DNA of 64,000 nucleotides from an uncultured delta proteobacterium (GTDB lineage: Bacteria; Myxococcota; Myxococcia; Myxococcales; Myxococcaceae), in contig CAVYSY010000056.1 of NCBI GenBank assembly GCA_963771175.1, positions 32,001-96,000 of the forward strand, given 5' to 3'. The notes beneath the pieces were generated by a model, which was not told where the DNA came from, did no database searches, and worked only from the letters and a program-made list of their open reading frames with translations. The translations under genes and the position numbers were made by a program. Below, piece by piece: positions 19,014 to 28,749 of this stretch (the first letter of the stretch is position 1; every line of letters starts with the position of its first letter).

Positions 19014-20537
19014 CTACCCCGCCGCGTTCCCGTGCTGGGCAGTGAGCGTGCGCCGGTCCACCTTGCCGGCGCTGGTGCGCACCAGGGCCTCCAGGAAGCG
19101 GACGGAGCGGGGCTGCTTGTAGCGGGCGAGTCGGCCCTGGCAGAACTCGAGCAGCCTCGCCTCGGTGAGGTCCGCCCCGGGCCGGGCCACCACGAGCGCG
19201 CGAGGCACCTCGCCCCACTTGGGGTCGGGCACGCCAATCACACACACCTCGGCGACCTCGGGGTGCGCGGCGAGCACGTTCTCCACCTCGGAGGGGTAGA
19301 TGTTCTCTCCACCGGAGATGATGAGGTCCTTGCTCCGGCCGACGATGGTGAAGCACCCGTCCGCGTCGCGCCGCGCGAGGTCCCCGGTGTGGAGCCACCC
19401 GCCCGCGAAGGTCTTCGCCGTCTCCTCGGGGCGTCGCCAGTAACCGGCGCACAGGTGCGGCCCGCGCAAGAGCAACTCCCCCTCCTCTCCATCCCCCTCG
19501 ATGCGCGCCTCGATGTGGAAGAGGGGCACGCCGACGGCGCCGGGCTTGCGGCGCGTGTCCTCGGGGGGCAGGCAGAAGTTGTTGGGCCCGGCCTCGGTGA
19601 GGCCATAGCCGGTCTTGAAGTCCACGCCCCGGGCGAAGAAGCGCTCGAAGACGGGGAGCGGGCACGGGGCGCCACCACTGATGACGAGCTTGAGCCGCGA
19701 GAAGTCCACCGAGTCGAAGCGCGGGTGGCGCTGCATCTCGATGAACATGGTGGGCACGCCGAAGAAGAGGTTGATGGCGCCGCGGTGGACGAGCTCGAAG
19801 ACCTGCTCCACGGAGAAGGAGCGGCAGACGATGGTGACACCTCCCACGTAGACGAGGGGCGTGGTGAAGACGTTGAGGCCGCCGGTGTGGAAGAGGGGCG
19901 CGTTGAGGAGCGTGGTGTCGTCGGCGGTGAGGCCCCAACTGATGACGGTGTTGGCGGCGTTCGCGGTGATGGAGCGGTGGGTGAGGATGGCCGCCTTGGG
20001 GGTGCCGGTGCTGCCGCCGGTGTAGCAGAGCACCCAGGGGTCCTCGGGCTCGATGTCCACGGAGGGCAGCGGCGCGTCCGAGAGGGAGTCGCGGCGGCTG
20101 AACGGAATGTCCTCGGAGCGGCGCGCGGGCGAGTCCTCCAGGGGAACGACGTGGCGCACGCTGGAGGCGAGCGAGCGGACGGAGTCGACCTGGGCCTGGA
20201 AGTCGGGGCCGTGGACGAGGACGACGGGCTCGGCGTCGGCGAGGAGGGCGGCGAGCTCGGAGGAGCTGAGGCGCCAGTTGAGGGGCTGGAGGATGGCGCC
20301 GAGCTTGCCGCAGGCGAAGAGGAGATCGAGGAACTCGGTGCAGTTCATCGCGAGCACGGCGACGCGATCGCCGCGCCGGACACCGAGGACGTCCTGGAGG
20401 AGCCGGGCGGTGCGGTTGGCGGAGGCATTCCACTCGCGCCAGGAGATGCGGCGGTCACCGCGGATGGCGTCGATGAGGGCGGTGCGCTCGGGGGCGAGCG
20501 AGGCCCGACGGGCGAGCCAGTCGTGGACGATGGGCAC
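19014..20537 (-). CDS. Acyl-CoA synthetase (AMP-binding, MenE/FadD-like)
   Basis: YTGGSTGTPK, PLFHTGG, GYGLTE, WLHTGD, GRSKDLIISGGENIYP, GKVDR. Confidence 0.92.
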   Translation of the reverse strand: MPIVHDWLARRASLAPERTALIDAIRGDRRISWREWNASANRTARLLQDVLGVRRGDRVAVLAMNCTEFLDLLFACGKLGAILQPLNWRLSSSELAALLADAEPVVLVHGPDFQAQVDSVRSLASSVRHVVPLEDSPARRSEDIPFSRRDSLSDAPLPSVDIEPEDPWVLCYTGGSTGTPKAAILTHRSITANAANTVISWGLTADDTTLLNAPLFHTGGLNVFTTPLVYVGGVTIVCRSFSVEQVFELVHRGAINLFFGVPTMFIEMQRHPRFDSVDFSRLKLVISGGAPCPLPVFERFFARGVDFKTGYGLTEAGPNNFCLPPEDTRRKPGAVGVPLFHIEARIEGDGEEGELLLRGPHLCAGYWRRPEETAKTFAGGWLHTGDLARRDADGCFTIVGRSKDLIISGGENIYPSEVENVLAAHPEVAEVCVIGVPDPKWGEVPRALVVARPGADLTEARLLEFCQGRLARYKQPRSVRFLEALVRTSAGKVDRRTLTAQHGNAAG

Positions 20538-20683
20538 GAGTCACTCCGGGATGAGGCGAAAGCGTTTGCGGGTTCGACGGTGAGGCTAGACCGGGACCTC
20601 CAGGGAGGGAACCTGGAAGCCCCCGCCCCACCTCACCGGAAGTCCCTGGCCGCGATGACGCTCCACGTCATACCGTCTCTTCG

Positions 20684-22039
20684 ATGCGAAGCCTCACGCT
20701 CAGCCTCGCCCTGCTGCTGACCACGGCCGCCACGGCCACGCCTCCCACTCGGACCGAGCACTCCCCTGCCCGCTCGAAAGCACTGGAGACGGAGCTGCTG
20801 CGAGCGGTGCGCGAGGTGGGCTTCGACCGGGTGCTGGACTGGAGACACAAGGGCAAGCGCATCGCGCACATGCCGAACGTGGACGTGGCGGTCATCGAAC
20901 TGGACGCGGAGGGGCGCCCGGTGGCGGCGGCGGACGTGCTGGTGTCGAGGGACTACCCGAAGGGCCGGGCGGTGCCCATCGACCCGGAGACGCTGGGGAC
21001 GCGGGCGGTGCGCTTCACGAAGTGGGACCTGGACCGCTGGGACGACAAGAAGGGGTGGGCGGACGCGCCTGCCGAGGACGACCTGGCGCCCGGACGCGCG
21101 AAGGCGCCACTGCGCTTCATGGCGCCCTACCCGGCCTCGCTGTTCAAGATTCTCATCGCCTACCGGGTGATGCGGCTGGTGGACCGGGGCGAGCTGACAC
21201 TGGACACGCCGTACCGCTTCCTCCGGGACACGGAGGACAAGGGCGAGCGCCCGCTGCGGGGCTGGCTGGAGCCGATGATCGTCGAGTCGAACAACACGGC
21301 GACGGAAGCGCTGGTGAAGCTGCTGCACGAGCGGGGGGCGATGGAGGGGCTGAACGCGGAGTTCGCGGCACTCGGACTGCGGACGCTGCAGGTGAACGGG
21401 ACCTCGCCGGTGACGGGGAGGAACTGGCAGCCGGGGAGCCTGCACATGACGGCGTTGGACACGGCGCGGCTGTTCCTGCTCATCGAGGGAGGACCGGGGG
21501 TGCTGTGGAGGACGCCGGAGGGGCGGACGGTGACGGCGGGCGAGCTGTCGGAGCCGGCGCGGCGCTTCCTGAAGAAGCTGCTGGCGGACCAGGGCTACGC
21601 GGAGGGGCTGAGCTCGACGCTGGTGTGCGGAGACCCGAACGCGCGGCCGGGGATACCCACGGCGGTGCCGACGAGGTGGCTGGCGGCGGACGGGACGGCG
21701 ACGGTGGGAGAGACGGCGTTCAAGCGGGACACGCGGCCATGCAACGCGGCGGCGGAGGTGGAGTTCCTGCACAAGACGGGGCAGACGGAGAACTACGGGA
21801 GCGACGCGGGCATCGTGCGAGCGCTGCCGGGCAAGGAGCCGAGGCACTACGTCATCGCGTTCCTGTCGAACCTGGGCTACCGCTACTACGACGAGGGAGT
21901 AGCGGGCACGGCGAACTTCTCGGACGAGGAGAACGGCTTCCCCGGGACGGTGACGGCGATCGGCTTCACGCAGAGCATCGCGGAGCTGGGCCGCCGGGTG
22001 GACGAGGCGATGAAGCAGCGGGGCATCGTGAGGCGGTAG
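20684..22039 (+). CDS. Secreted serine hydrolase, class A beta-lactamase-like fold
   Basis: Signal peptide; YPASLFK (SxxK), ESNN (SxN), HKTG motifs. Confidence 0.75.
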   Translation: MRSLTLSLALLLTTAATATPPTRTEHSPARSKALETELLRAVREVGFDRVLDWRHKGKRIAHMPNVDVAVIELDAEGRPVAAADVLVSRDYPKGRAVPIDPETLGTRAVRFTKWDLDRWDDKKGWADAPAEDDLAPGRAKAPLRFMAPYPASLFKILIAYRVMRLVDRGELTLDTPYRFLRDTEDKGERPLRGWLEPMIVESNNTATEALVKLLHERGAMEGLNAEFAALGLRTLQVNGTSPVTGRNWQPGSLHMTALDTARLFLLIEGGPGVLWRTPEGRTVTAGELSEPARRFLKKLLADQGYAEGLSSTLVCGDPNARPGIPTAVPTRWLAADGTATVGETAFKRDTRPCNAAAEVEFLHKTGQTENYGSDAGIVRALPGKEPRHYVIAFLSNLGYRYYDEGVAGTANFSDEENGFPGTVTAIGFTQSIAELGRRVDEAMKQRGIVRR

Positions 22040-22212
22040 CTCCGCCCAGAGAGACTCCCATCCACGGAGCGAGCCCCTCCTCGCCGGCCTCGCTCCTGCT
22101 GTCCTGCCTGGGCATCAAGGATGCAGGGGAGCGCGTGCCGGCCAGGAGCTGCCCACCGCCCAACGTAGACAGCCTCCCTCGCCGGAAGAGCACCGGCAGG
22201 TTCCAGCTCAAC

Positions 22213-22266
22213 ACATGACGTCATGTTGAAACTGGGAGAAAGAGGCTATATTGACGTGACATCAAT
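22213..22266 (+). promoter_or_regulatory. Probable TA promoter with two palindromic operators
   Basis: Perfect acatgacgtcatgt (22213-22226) and attgacgt-g-acatcaat (22250-22266), overlapping ttgaaa and tatatt boxes. Confidence 0.55.
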
Positions 22267-22555
22267 CCATGAGCCCACCAGGGCATTGGACGCCAACGCA
22301 GCACGCAAGCGCATTTCGGCCCTGCTGAAGGGCGGTCAGCTCCTCTACACCCACCATGCACGAGAGGAGATGGAGAAGGACGACCTCAGGGAGGTCGACG
22401 TGACGAACGTGCTGCGCGGCGGGCACATCACCGAGCCCGCGGAGAAGGAGAAGGGCACCTGGCGATACCGCGTGCATACCAACACCATCTGGGTGGTCGT
22501 GGCGTTTCGGAGCGAAACGGAGTTGGTCGTCGTGACGGTCTGGAGGAAGCGATGA
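22223..22555 (+). CDS. DUF4258 (RelE/BrnT-fold) toxin; true start probably downstream (GTG 22256 or TTG 22286)
   Basis: YTHHAREEMEKDDL..DVTNVLRGG..WRYRV..VVTVW; ATGA coupling to the antitoxin. Confidence 0.75.
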   Translation: MLKLGERGYIDVTSIHEPTRALDANAARKRISALLKGGQLLYTHHAREEMEKDDLREVDVTNVLRGGHITEPAEKEKGTWRYRVHTNTIWVVVAFRSETELVVVTVWRKR

Positions 22556-23043
22556 AGTGCTTGCAGTGCGGAGGGAAGATGACGATCCGTGAGGAAACGC
22601 GCCGCGCCTATTCGGGGCTGGAGGGCGTCATCATCGAGGGAGTCCAGATCCGCCACTGCCCAGACTGCGGCGAAGAGGAGGTGGGCTACTCGAACGTCGA
22701 GCAACTCCACGCGCAGCTCGCACTCCAGCTCGCGAGCAAGAAGGCGGCGCTTACACCGAGCGAGATCCGCTTCCTGCGCACCTGGCTGGGCCTTTCGAGT
22801 ACCGACCTCGCGAAACGAATGGGCGTGGCCAAGGAGACGGTGTCCCGCTGGGAGCGGGTCGCCAGGCCGCTCGCCATGGGAGCAACGGCGGAGAGACTGC
22901 TCCGGCTGATGGCGATGCATGAGCAGCCCGTGGAGGAGTACCCACTCGAGCGGCTCGAGCACGTCGCCACCTCGAAACCGACACCGCTCCGCGTGCGCCT
23001 CAAACCGCGCAAGCAGGGCTGGACGGCCGAGGTCACCGCGTAG
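22552..23043 (+). CDS. MqsA-family antitoxin (Zn ribbon + HTH)
   Basis: CLQC..CPDCGE, LTPSEIRFLR..LGLS..LAKRMGV..TVSRWE. Confidence 0.88.
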   Translation: MKCLQCGGKMTIREETRRAYSGLEGVIIEGVQIRHCPDCGEEEVGYSNVEQLHAQLALQLASKKAALTPSEIRFLRTWLGLSSTDLAKRMGVAKETVSRWERVARPLAMGATAERLLRLMAMHEQPVEEYPLERLEHVATSKPTPLRVRLKPRKQGWTAEVTA

Positions 23044-23076
23044 CCCAGCATCCGGCGCGAGGCACTCCCCCGCCCC

Positions 23077-24108
23077 TCACGGCACCAGCACGAGCTTGCC
23101 CACGGTGGAGCCGGACTCCAGCGCACGGTGCGCATCGGCGACGCGGTCGAGCGGGAAGCGCGTCACGGGCGGCGCGATGATGCGGCCCTCGTCCACCCAG
23201 GCGAGCAGCCGGCCCATGCTCTCGGTGAGCACCTCGCGCTGCTCGAAGAGGTAGGAGAGGTTGAAGGCCATGACGCTCGCGTTCTCGTTGGTGAGCGAGA
23301 GCGGGTCGAAGCGCGGGGTGCGCAGGAAGTCCGCGGCGAGCTTCACCCAGTTCGGTCTCCCTCCCTGGCGCGGCAGCATGGAGTGGAAGCCGTAGATGAC
23401 GAGCTTGCCGGGCCGGGCGAGGTGCCGGTAGCTCTCGCGCAGCGTGGACACTCCGTTGGCGTCGAGCACCACGTCATAGCCCCGAGGAGCGGCCTGCTCG
23501 GCGGCGCGCCAGAGGTCCTCGCGGCTCTTGTCGATGACGACCTCCGCACCGAGCGTGCGCGCGGTCTCCACCTTGTGGCTGGAACCCACGACGCCCACGG
23601 TGCGGCAGCCGGCGATGCGCCCCAGTTGCAGCAGCGCCCCGCCCACGCCGCCCGCCGCCGAGTGCACGAGCAACGTGTTCCCCGGGCGCGGGTGGGCCAA
23701 TTCGAAGAGGGCGTAGTACGCGGTGAGGAAGACGGTGGGAAAGCCAGCGCCCTGGGCCATGTCGAAGCGCGCGGGCAGGGGGAACACCTGATGGCGAGGC
23801 ACGGCCACATGGGTGGAGTAGCCCCCGAAGCGCGTGACGCCGAGCACCTTCGTGCCCGGAGCCATGTCCGTAACAGCCGAGCCCACCGAGGTGACGGTGC
23901 CGGCGAACTCGAAGCCGGGGGTGATGGGCCAGCCGACGTACTCCTTGGCCGAGGCATACAGCCCCATGCGGATGACACAGTCAGCGTAGTTGACGCCGAT
24001 GGCCTCCGTGGTGACGACCACCTCGTCGGGAGCGGGAGTGGGGTCGGGCTGGGTCTCGAGGGTGAGCCGGTCGTAACCGCCGGCACGGGGGATGACCACC
24101 TTGCGCAT
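23077..24108 (-). CDS. Medium-chain dehydrogenase/reductase (quinone oxidoreductase / VAT-1-like)
   Basis: GVNYAD, TPGFEFAG, HSAAGGVG, GKLVL. Confidence 0.88.
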   Translation of the reverse strand: MRKVVIPRAGGYDRLTLETQPDPTPAPDEVVVTTEAIGVNYADCVIRMGLYASAKEYVGWPITPGFEFAGTVTSVGSAVTDMAPGTKVLGVTRFGGYSTHVAVPRHQVFPLPARFDMAQGAGFPTVFLTAYYALFELAHPRPGNTLLVHSAAGGVGGALLQLGRIAGCRTVGVVGSSHKVETARTLGAEVVIDKSREDLWRAAEQAAPRGYDVVLDANGVSTLRESYRHLARPGKLVIYGFHSMLPRQGGRPNWVKLAADFLRTPRFDPLSLTNENASVMAFNLSYLFEQREVLTESMGRLLAWVDEGRIIAPPVTRFPLDRVADAHRALESGSTVGKLVLVP

Positions 24109-24237
24109 GCTCCCCACATACACCCCGGCGAGCCTCATGGCGCGCACCACCCCGAACGTCTATCCTCGGCCCGCCCCTGCGCCCCGGTTCTTCCGAAGTC
24201 GCGATCCCCTCCAGCGGGCCACATTGGGAGTGAATGG

Positions 24238-25521
24238 ATGAAGCTGAAGAGCAGCTACAAGCTCGGCCTGGCCCTGATCCTCTGCTACCTGGTCGCCTGG
24301 CTGGACCGGATGACCATCAGCATGACCCTGCCCTTCATGGCGAAGGACCTGGCGATTGAGCCCGGGCAGCAGGGGATGATCGGCAGCGCCTTCTTCCTGG
24401 GCTACGCGCTGTGCCAGATCCCCGGCGGCCTGCTGGCCGACCGCTTCGGCTCGCGCCGCGTCATCCTCGTGGCCCTGGCCTGGTGGTCGATCTTCACCGC
24501 GCTCACGGGCGCCGTGTCCGACCTCACCGGCATGCTGGTGGTGCGCTTCCTCTTCGGCATCGGCGAGGGCATCTTCCCCGCCGCGGTGTGGAAGGTCATC
24601 GGCCAGTGGTTCTCCAAGAAGAACCGTGCCACGGCCAACGCCCTCATCCTCTCCTCCATCGCGCTGGGGCCGGCCATCACTCCCCTCATCATGCGCCCGC
24701 TGCTGGAGAGCTTCGGCTGGCGCTACAGCTTCTTCGTTCTCGGCGGGGGTGGAGTGCTCTGCCTGGTGGCGGCCTTCCTCACCATCACCAACTCCATCCA
24801 CGAGAACCCGAACGTCTCCCGTGAGGAGCTCGAGGAGTTCGAGCGCGACACGAAGTCCCAGGCCGCCAACGCCGAGCGCTCCCTGGAGCCCGTCGGCTTC
24901 CTCGACCTGCTGCGCTCGCCCATCATCTGGGTGCTCTTCTTCATCGCCCTCGTCTACAACCTCACCATGTATGGCTGGCTGACGTGGCTGCCCACCTACC
25001 TGATGAAGGCGAAGGGGTTGGACCTGAAGAGCATGGCCTGGGCCGCCTCGCTGCCCTTCTGGTTCGGCACCCTGGGCGTCGTGCTGGGCGGGTACGTGTC
25101 GGACCGCTGGTTCCGCGGCCGGCGCAAGTTCCTGGTCTTCGGCTGCATGACGGTGGGAGGCATCTTCCTCTTCCTGTTCACCACCGTCTCCAGCCCCACG
25201 GCGTACACGCTCCTGCAGTGCGCGGCGGCGATCCTCCTCTACATGGCCTCGGGCGCCATCTGGGCCATGCCCATGATTCTCCTCCCGCCCAAGGTGATGG
25301 GCCCCGGCTCGGGCTTCATCAACTCCGGCGGGCAGATTGGCGGCGTGCTCACCAGCTCCCTCATCGGCTACGCCATCCAGCTGCGCGGCAACGACTACTC
25401 GGCCGTGTTCGACGTCATGCTGGGCGCGCTGGTGGTGGCGGCGCTGCTGGTGCTGGTGGGCATCCGCGAGCAGCCGCCCGCCGCGGCGCCCGCCCCGGTG
25501 GCCGCTGGGACGAACTCCTGA
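24238..25521 (+). CDS. MFS transporter (anion:cation symporter family)
   Basis: LDRMTIS, GYALCQIPGGLLADRFGSR, RFLFGIGEG, TWLPTYL, about 12 TM. Confidence 0.9.
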   Translation: MKLKSSYKLGLALILCYLVAWLDRMTISMTLPFMAKDLAIEPGQQGMIGSAFFLGYALCQIPGGLLADRFGSRRVILVALAWWSIFTALTGAVSDLTGMLVVRFLFGIGEGIFPAAVWKVIGQWFSKKNRATANALILSSIALGPAITPLIMRPLLESFGWRYSFFVLGGGGVLCLVAAFLTITNSIHENPNVSREELEEFERDTKSQAANAERSLEPVGFLDLLRSPIIWVLFFIALVYNLTMYGWLTWLPTYLMKAKGLDLKSMAWAASLPFWFGTLGVVLGGYVSDRWFRGRRKFLVFGCMTVGGIFLFLFTTVSSPTAYTLLQCAAAILLYMASGAIWAMPMILLPPKVMGPGSGFINSGGQIGGVLTSSLIGYAIQLRGNDYSAVFDVMLGALVVAALLVLVGIREQPPAAAPAPVAAGTNS

Positions 25522-25534
25522 GTTCGACTTCGAT

Positions 25535-26452
25535 TCACGGGCTGCTCAACGGATGCTGAGCACCTGCTGGCACGCCTGGGGCAACAGCCGTGAGGGCTTC
25601 CCCGCGACGCACGAGAATGACGGTCGGCATGCCGCGCACCACCGCACCCGCGAAGTACGCTTCCCTCCGTTCACTCGAGTCGAGCATGCGCAGGTACGCG
25701 CACTCCGTCCTGGCGCCGTCGATGGCGCAGGGAAGGCGCGACTCCATGTAGCTCGCCCGGGGGACGTCCTTGAACGTCAGCATTCCCTCCCGCACGGAGT
25801 CCCGCAGGCGGGAGGCGTCGGGGAGCCGGGTCCAGTCGAGCCGTGAGCCGTCGCTGCACTCAATCCGGCCGCGGCCATGCTCCGCCGTGAGGTTGCACCC
25901 GTCGGGCACGACGAGTTCCCGGCCCGCGAGCGCGGCATCCGATTGCGCCACGGCCACTCCCTCCTCGGGGAGGGCCCTCCACGGTTGAGCCGCGAGCTGC
26001 TCCAGCACCCGCCCACAGAGGGCCTGCAACTCCGGCGTGCCGCGGGCCTTGCAGAGGACCCGCCGCGCCCCCTTCCCTTTCACCGGCACGATGGCGAACA
26101 CCGACGCCTCCTGCGTCTCGGGCGCCTTCGCGCGCAGGTGCAGGAGGCGCACCTTGCGGCCCGCCAGCGTGGACTTCACCGCCTTGAACTTCACTCCCCC
26201 CGCGGCCTGTCTCTGGAAGGTGCGGAGGCTGCGCTGCCATAGCCTCTGGGCGGAGATGCCCGCGTGGTCCGAGCTGATGGCACTGTAGTCACCGCATGCG
26301 TAGCTCCACCCCTCAGCGCCGAACGGCTCCGCCGTACAGCCCGCCAGAAGAGACCGCGGGCCCGCGAGGGCGGACAGTGGGCACACCGCCACGCAGAGCA
26401 AAAGGGCCAGGGCCAGCAGGAGACGGAGCGAAGGGGCGCGAATCAAAGGCAC
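25535..26452 (-). CDS. Secreted hypothetical protein with paired Cys and two similar halves
   Basis: Signal peptide; long ORF; no family recognised. Confidence 0.6.
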   Translation of the reverse strand: MPLIRAPSLRLLLALALLLCVAVCPLSALAGPRSLLAGCTAEPFGAEGWSYACGDYSAISSDHAGISAQRLWQRSLRTFQRQAAGGVKFKAVKSTLAGRKVRLLHLRAKAPETQEASVFAIVPVKGKGARRVLCKARGTPELQALCGRVLEQLAAQPWRALPEEGVAVAQSDAALAGRELVVPDGCNLTAEHGRGRIECSDGSRLDWTRLPDASRLRDSVREGMLTFKDVPRASYMESRLPCAIDGARTECAYLRMLDSSERREAYFAGAVVRGMPTVILVRRGEALTAVAPGVPAGAQHPLSSP

Positions 26453-26567
26453 TCAGTCTATCAGGACATTGCCGCGAGAGAACGCCGGCCCAGCCCCAGG
26501 CTCGCGTCACCTGCATCACCGGCGCCCCTGACCGCCAGGGGAGGGAGTCGGCTCATGCGTCATCATG

Positions 26568-27878
26568 TCAGTACCCTTCCTCGCGTGCGGGCAGGTGCCG
26601 GTGGGGCCGCGGCATCTGCTCTCGCGGTGGACGCGACTCCTGGGCGGATGCCGGAGGGGACTCGCGGCGAGGGTCCGCCAGCAGTCGCTTCACCCCCAGG
26701 ATGAAGGCGCCCGTGAGGAACAGGTTGAGCGACAGGGACAGCAGGGCCACCGTCATCGCCGTGCCACTGATGCCGTACCCCAGGGACACGACGAGCACCC
26801 CGGCGCCGACCTCGCCTCGGGGAAAGAGACAGATGGAAAGGGCCAGCCGCTCGCGCAGGCTCGCCTTCCGGCGATAGCACAGCGCCGGGAACATCTTTCC
26901 CAGGTTGGACAGGAGGGTCACCGCCAGGACATGGAGGGCGATGAGGCCCCAGCCCGGGCTTCCCCCCGCGACGGCACTGGAGCTCGGCTCGGTCTGCGCC
27001 GCTGCCCCTCCCCCACCCAGGACGGGCATCGACAGACCCACGAGCACCATGAAGCAGCCGGCGACGAGGGTGGCGACGCGCTGCTCGATGGGCGCATCGA
27101 GCCCGGGCAACTCGCCCTCCCGCGCGTCGTCCTCGTGCAGGCCGTGCTCGGGATTGGCGATCATGCAGCCCAGGACGAAGGCGGGCAGGAGGACCTCGAA
27201 ATGGACCGCCGCACCGTGCTCCAGGTACCCCGTTCCCAGGTAGATGAGCTCGGAGACGAGCGTGAGCAGCACCGAATAGCCGAGCACCCAGGGCCAGGTA
27301 TACGGAATGTGCCACCGGTGCAGGTACTTCCACCCCGCCCAGAGGAGCAGGACGCTGAGGGCGATGACCCCCGCGAGCTGCCAGCGAAATCCGACGAGCA
27401 GGACCGTGAGCGGCACCATGAGGAGGATGGTGTCGAGGTCGTCGAAGATGGCGAGGATGCGGGCCTTGTGGAACACCCACGTCGCGCCCAGACCCGCCGC
27501 GGCCAGCATGGAGAAGAGCACCCCGGCACTCGTCGGCGCGGCGAACCGCCCCTGGAGCAGCGCCTCCTTCCACAGGGTGAACTGTCCCCAGAATTCGGGG
27601 GGCGCCAGGACGAAGACGAAGTAGAGCGTGACGAAGAGCCAGGGGAAGGTGGCCGCGGTGGCGGCCACCACGTAGTCCCAGCCGTACTGGCGCATGTTCG
27701 ACTTATCCAGGTCGAACTCCTGCCCGACGTGAATCATGATGAAGGCCAGCCCCACCATGGTGAGCAGCCGGATGACGTACGTCAGCGGCTCGTAGACATC
27801 TGGCCCGACCGCTGGAAGCGCCTGGGAAGCCACCAGTCCTCCCAAGAGGAGGACGGAATAGATGAGAACCTTGCGCAT
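26568..27878 (-). CDS. Cation:proton antiporter-like membrane protein
   Basis: About 12 TM, APTSAG, ILAIFDDLD, GKM, PRGEVG motifs of CPA-type exchangers. Confidence 0.8.
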   Translation of the reverse strand: MRKVLIYSVLLLGGLVASQALPAVGPDVYEPLTYVIRLLTMVGLAFIMIHVGQEFDLDKSNMRQYGWDYVVAATAATFPWLFVTLYFVFVLAPPEFWGQFTLWKEALLQGRFAAPTSAGVLFSMLAAAGLGATWVFHKARILAIFDDLDTILLMVPLTVLLVGFRWQLAGVIALSVLLLWAGWKYLHRWHIPYTWPWVLGYSVLLTLVSELIYLGTGYLEHGAAVHFEVLLPAFVLGCMIANPEHGLHEDDAREGELPGLDAPIEQRVATLVAGCFMVLVGLSMPVLGGGGAAAQTEPSSSAVAGGSPGWGLIALHVLAVTLLSNLGKMFPALCYRRKASLRERLALSICLFPRGEVGAGVLVVSLGYGISGTAMTVALLSLSLNLFLTGAFILGVKRLLADPRRESPPASAQESRPPREQMPRPHRHLPAREEGY

Positions 27879-27960
27879 TGCCGACCCCCTGTTGACCCCT
27901 CTTGAATGAAGGTAGGGGACAGGTCGGCCCGAATCAGTGCTGCTGCTCCATCCCTTGCCA
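27879..27960 (-). ncRNA. Candidate nhaA-I-like (Li+/Na+) riboswitch with RBS-sequestering hairpin
   Basis: Minus strand GGGAUG..GC-AGCA-GC..UGAUUCGGGCCGACC; GCCGACC pairs with GGUCGGC adjacent to the AUG. Confidence 0.4.
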
Positions 27961-27984
27961 GTCCGCGGGGCGGGGACCTTTTCA

Positions 27985-28016
27985 TCCCTGGGCTGGCCCC
28001 CTCCTCAGCCCAGGGA
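27985..28016 (-). terminator. Hairpin downstream of the outer membrane protein gene
   Basis: tccctgggctg / cagcccaggga 11-bp stem; no clear U tract. Confidence 0.45.
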
Positions 28017-28050
28017 GCGGGCAAGTGGGGAGCCCCCTGTCACGAGGGAG

Positions 28051-28692
28051 TCAGAACGACGTGCCGATCCGCAGCAGGTTGAGGTTGAGGTTGAGCACCG
28101 GCCTCGACCCGCGCTTGTCGGAATACTCCCGGGCCATGGGGGTGATGAGGGAGCTGACCCAATCTCCGCTGCAGTTGAGGCAGTAGCCCGCGCTCGCGCC
28201 AATCATCGGCGTGACGTACCAGCCCCCTCCGGAGAACTGCCACCCCAGGTCCAGTCCCACCCGCGCCTCGAAGCTCATGCCACCCTTGAGGCGAATCTCA
28301 TCGTCGGCATAGTCCGGGTCGTAGGCGAAGATCGTCACCAGCTTCGGCTCGATGAACGGACCCGACAACGGCCCGCTGCCGAACGAGAAGACGGGGCCCG
28401 CCGCGACGGACATCCGCCAGTGACGCGCGTCCTCGCGAGCCCAGCTCTTGTCGTAGGCCCACGTGCCCACCACCGGGGTGACCTCGATGGCGAGCGACGT
28501 TTTGTCCGACAGCGGCACATTGGCCCCGAGCGGAAGGTACAGCGCCTGCCCGTAGAGACCGAACAGGAGCGTGCCCACCGGCTGAACCCAGACAGAATAG
28601 CGAGGGTCCGGACTCGCCTCTGACGCGGGTGTCGTGGTGACGGGGACCTCCGGGGATGCGGCGAGAAGCAGGGCAGTGAGGAGTGCGTTCAT
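28051..28692 (-). CDS. Probable small outer membrane beta-barrel protein
   Basis: Signal peptide, amphipathic strands, C-terminal LRIGTSF. Confidence 0.65.
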   Translation of the reverse strand: MNALLTALLLAASPEVPVTTTPASEASPDPRYSVWVQPVGTLLFGLYGQALYLPLGANVPLSDKTSLAIEVTPVVGTWAYDKSWAREDARHWRMSVAAGPVFSFGSGPLSGPFIEPKLVTIFAYDPDYADDEIRLKGGMSFEARVGLDLGWQFSGGGWYVTPMIGASAGYCLNCSGDWVSSLITPMAREYSDKRGSRPVLNLNLNLLRIGTSF

Positions 28693-28749
28693 GCGCGCCG
28701 GTTTCAGCAACGGACGTGCCACGCGGGTCTTCACGCGCGCCAGGAGCCA

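Noticed and set aside
23128..24237. 370-aa N-terminal extension on the MFS transporter ORF
   Set aside because: Overlaps the MDR gene on the opposite strand; the real start is ATG 24238
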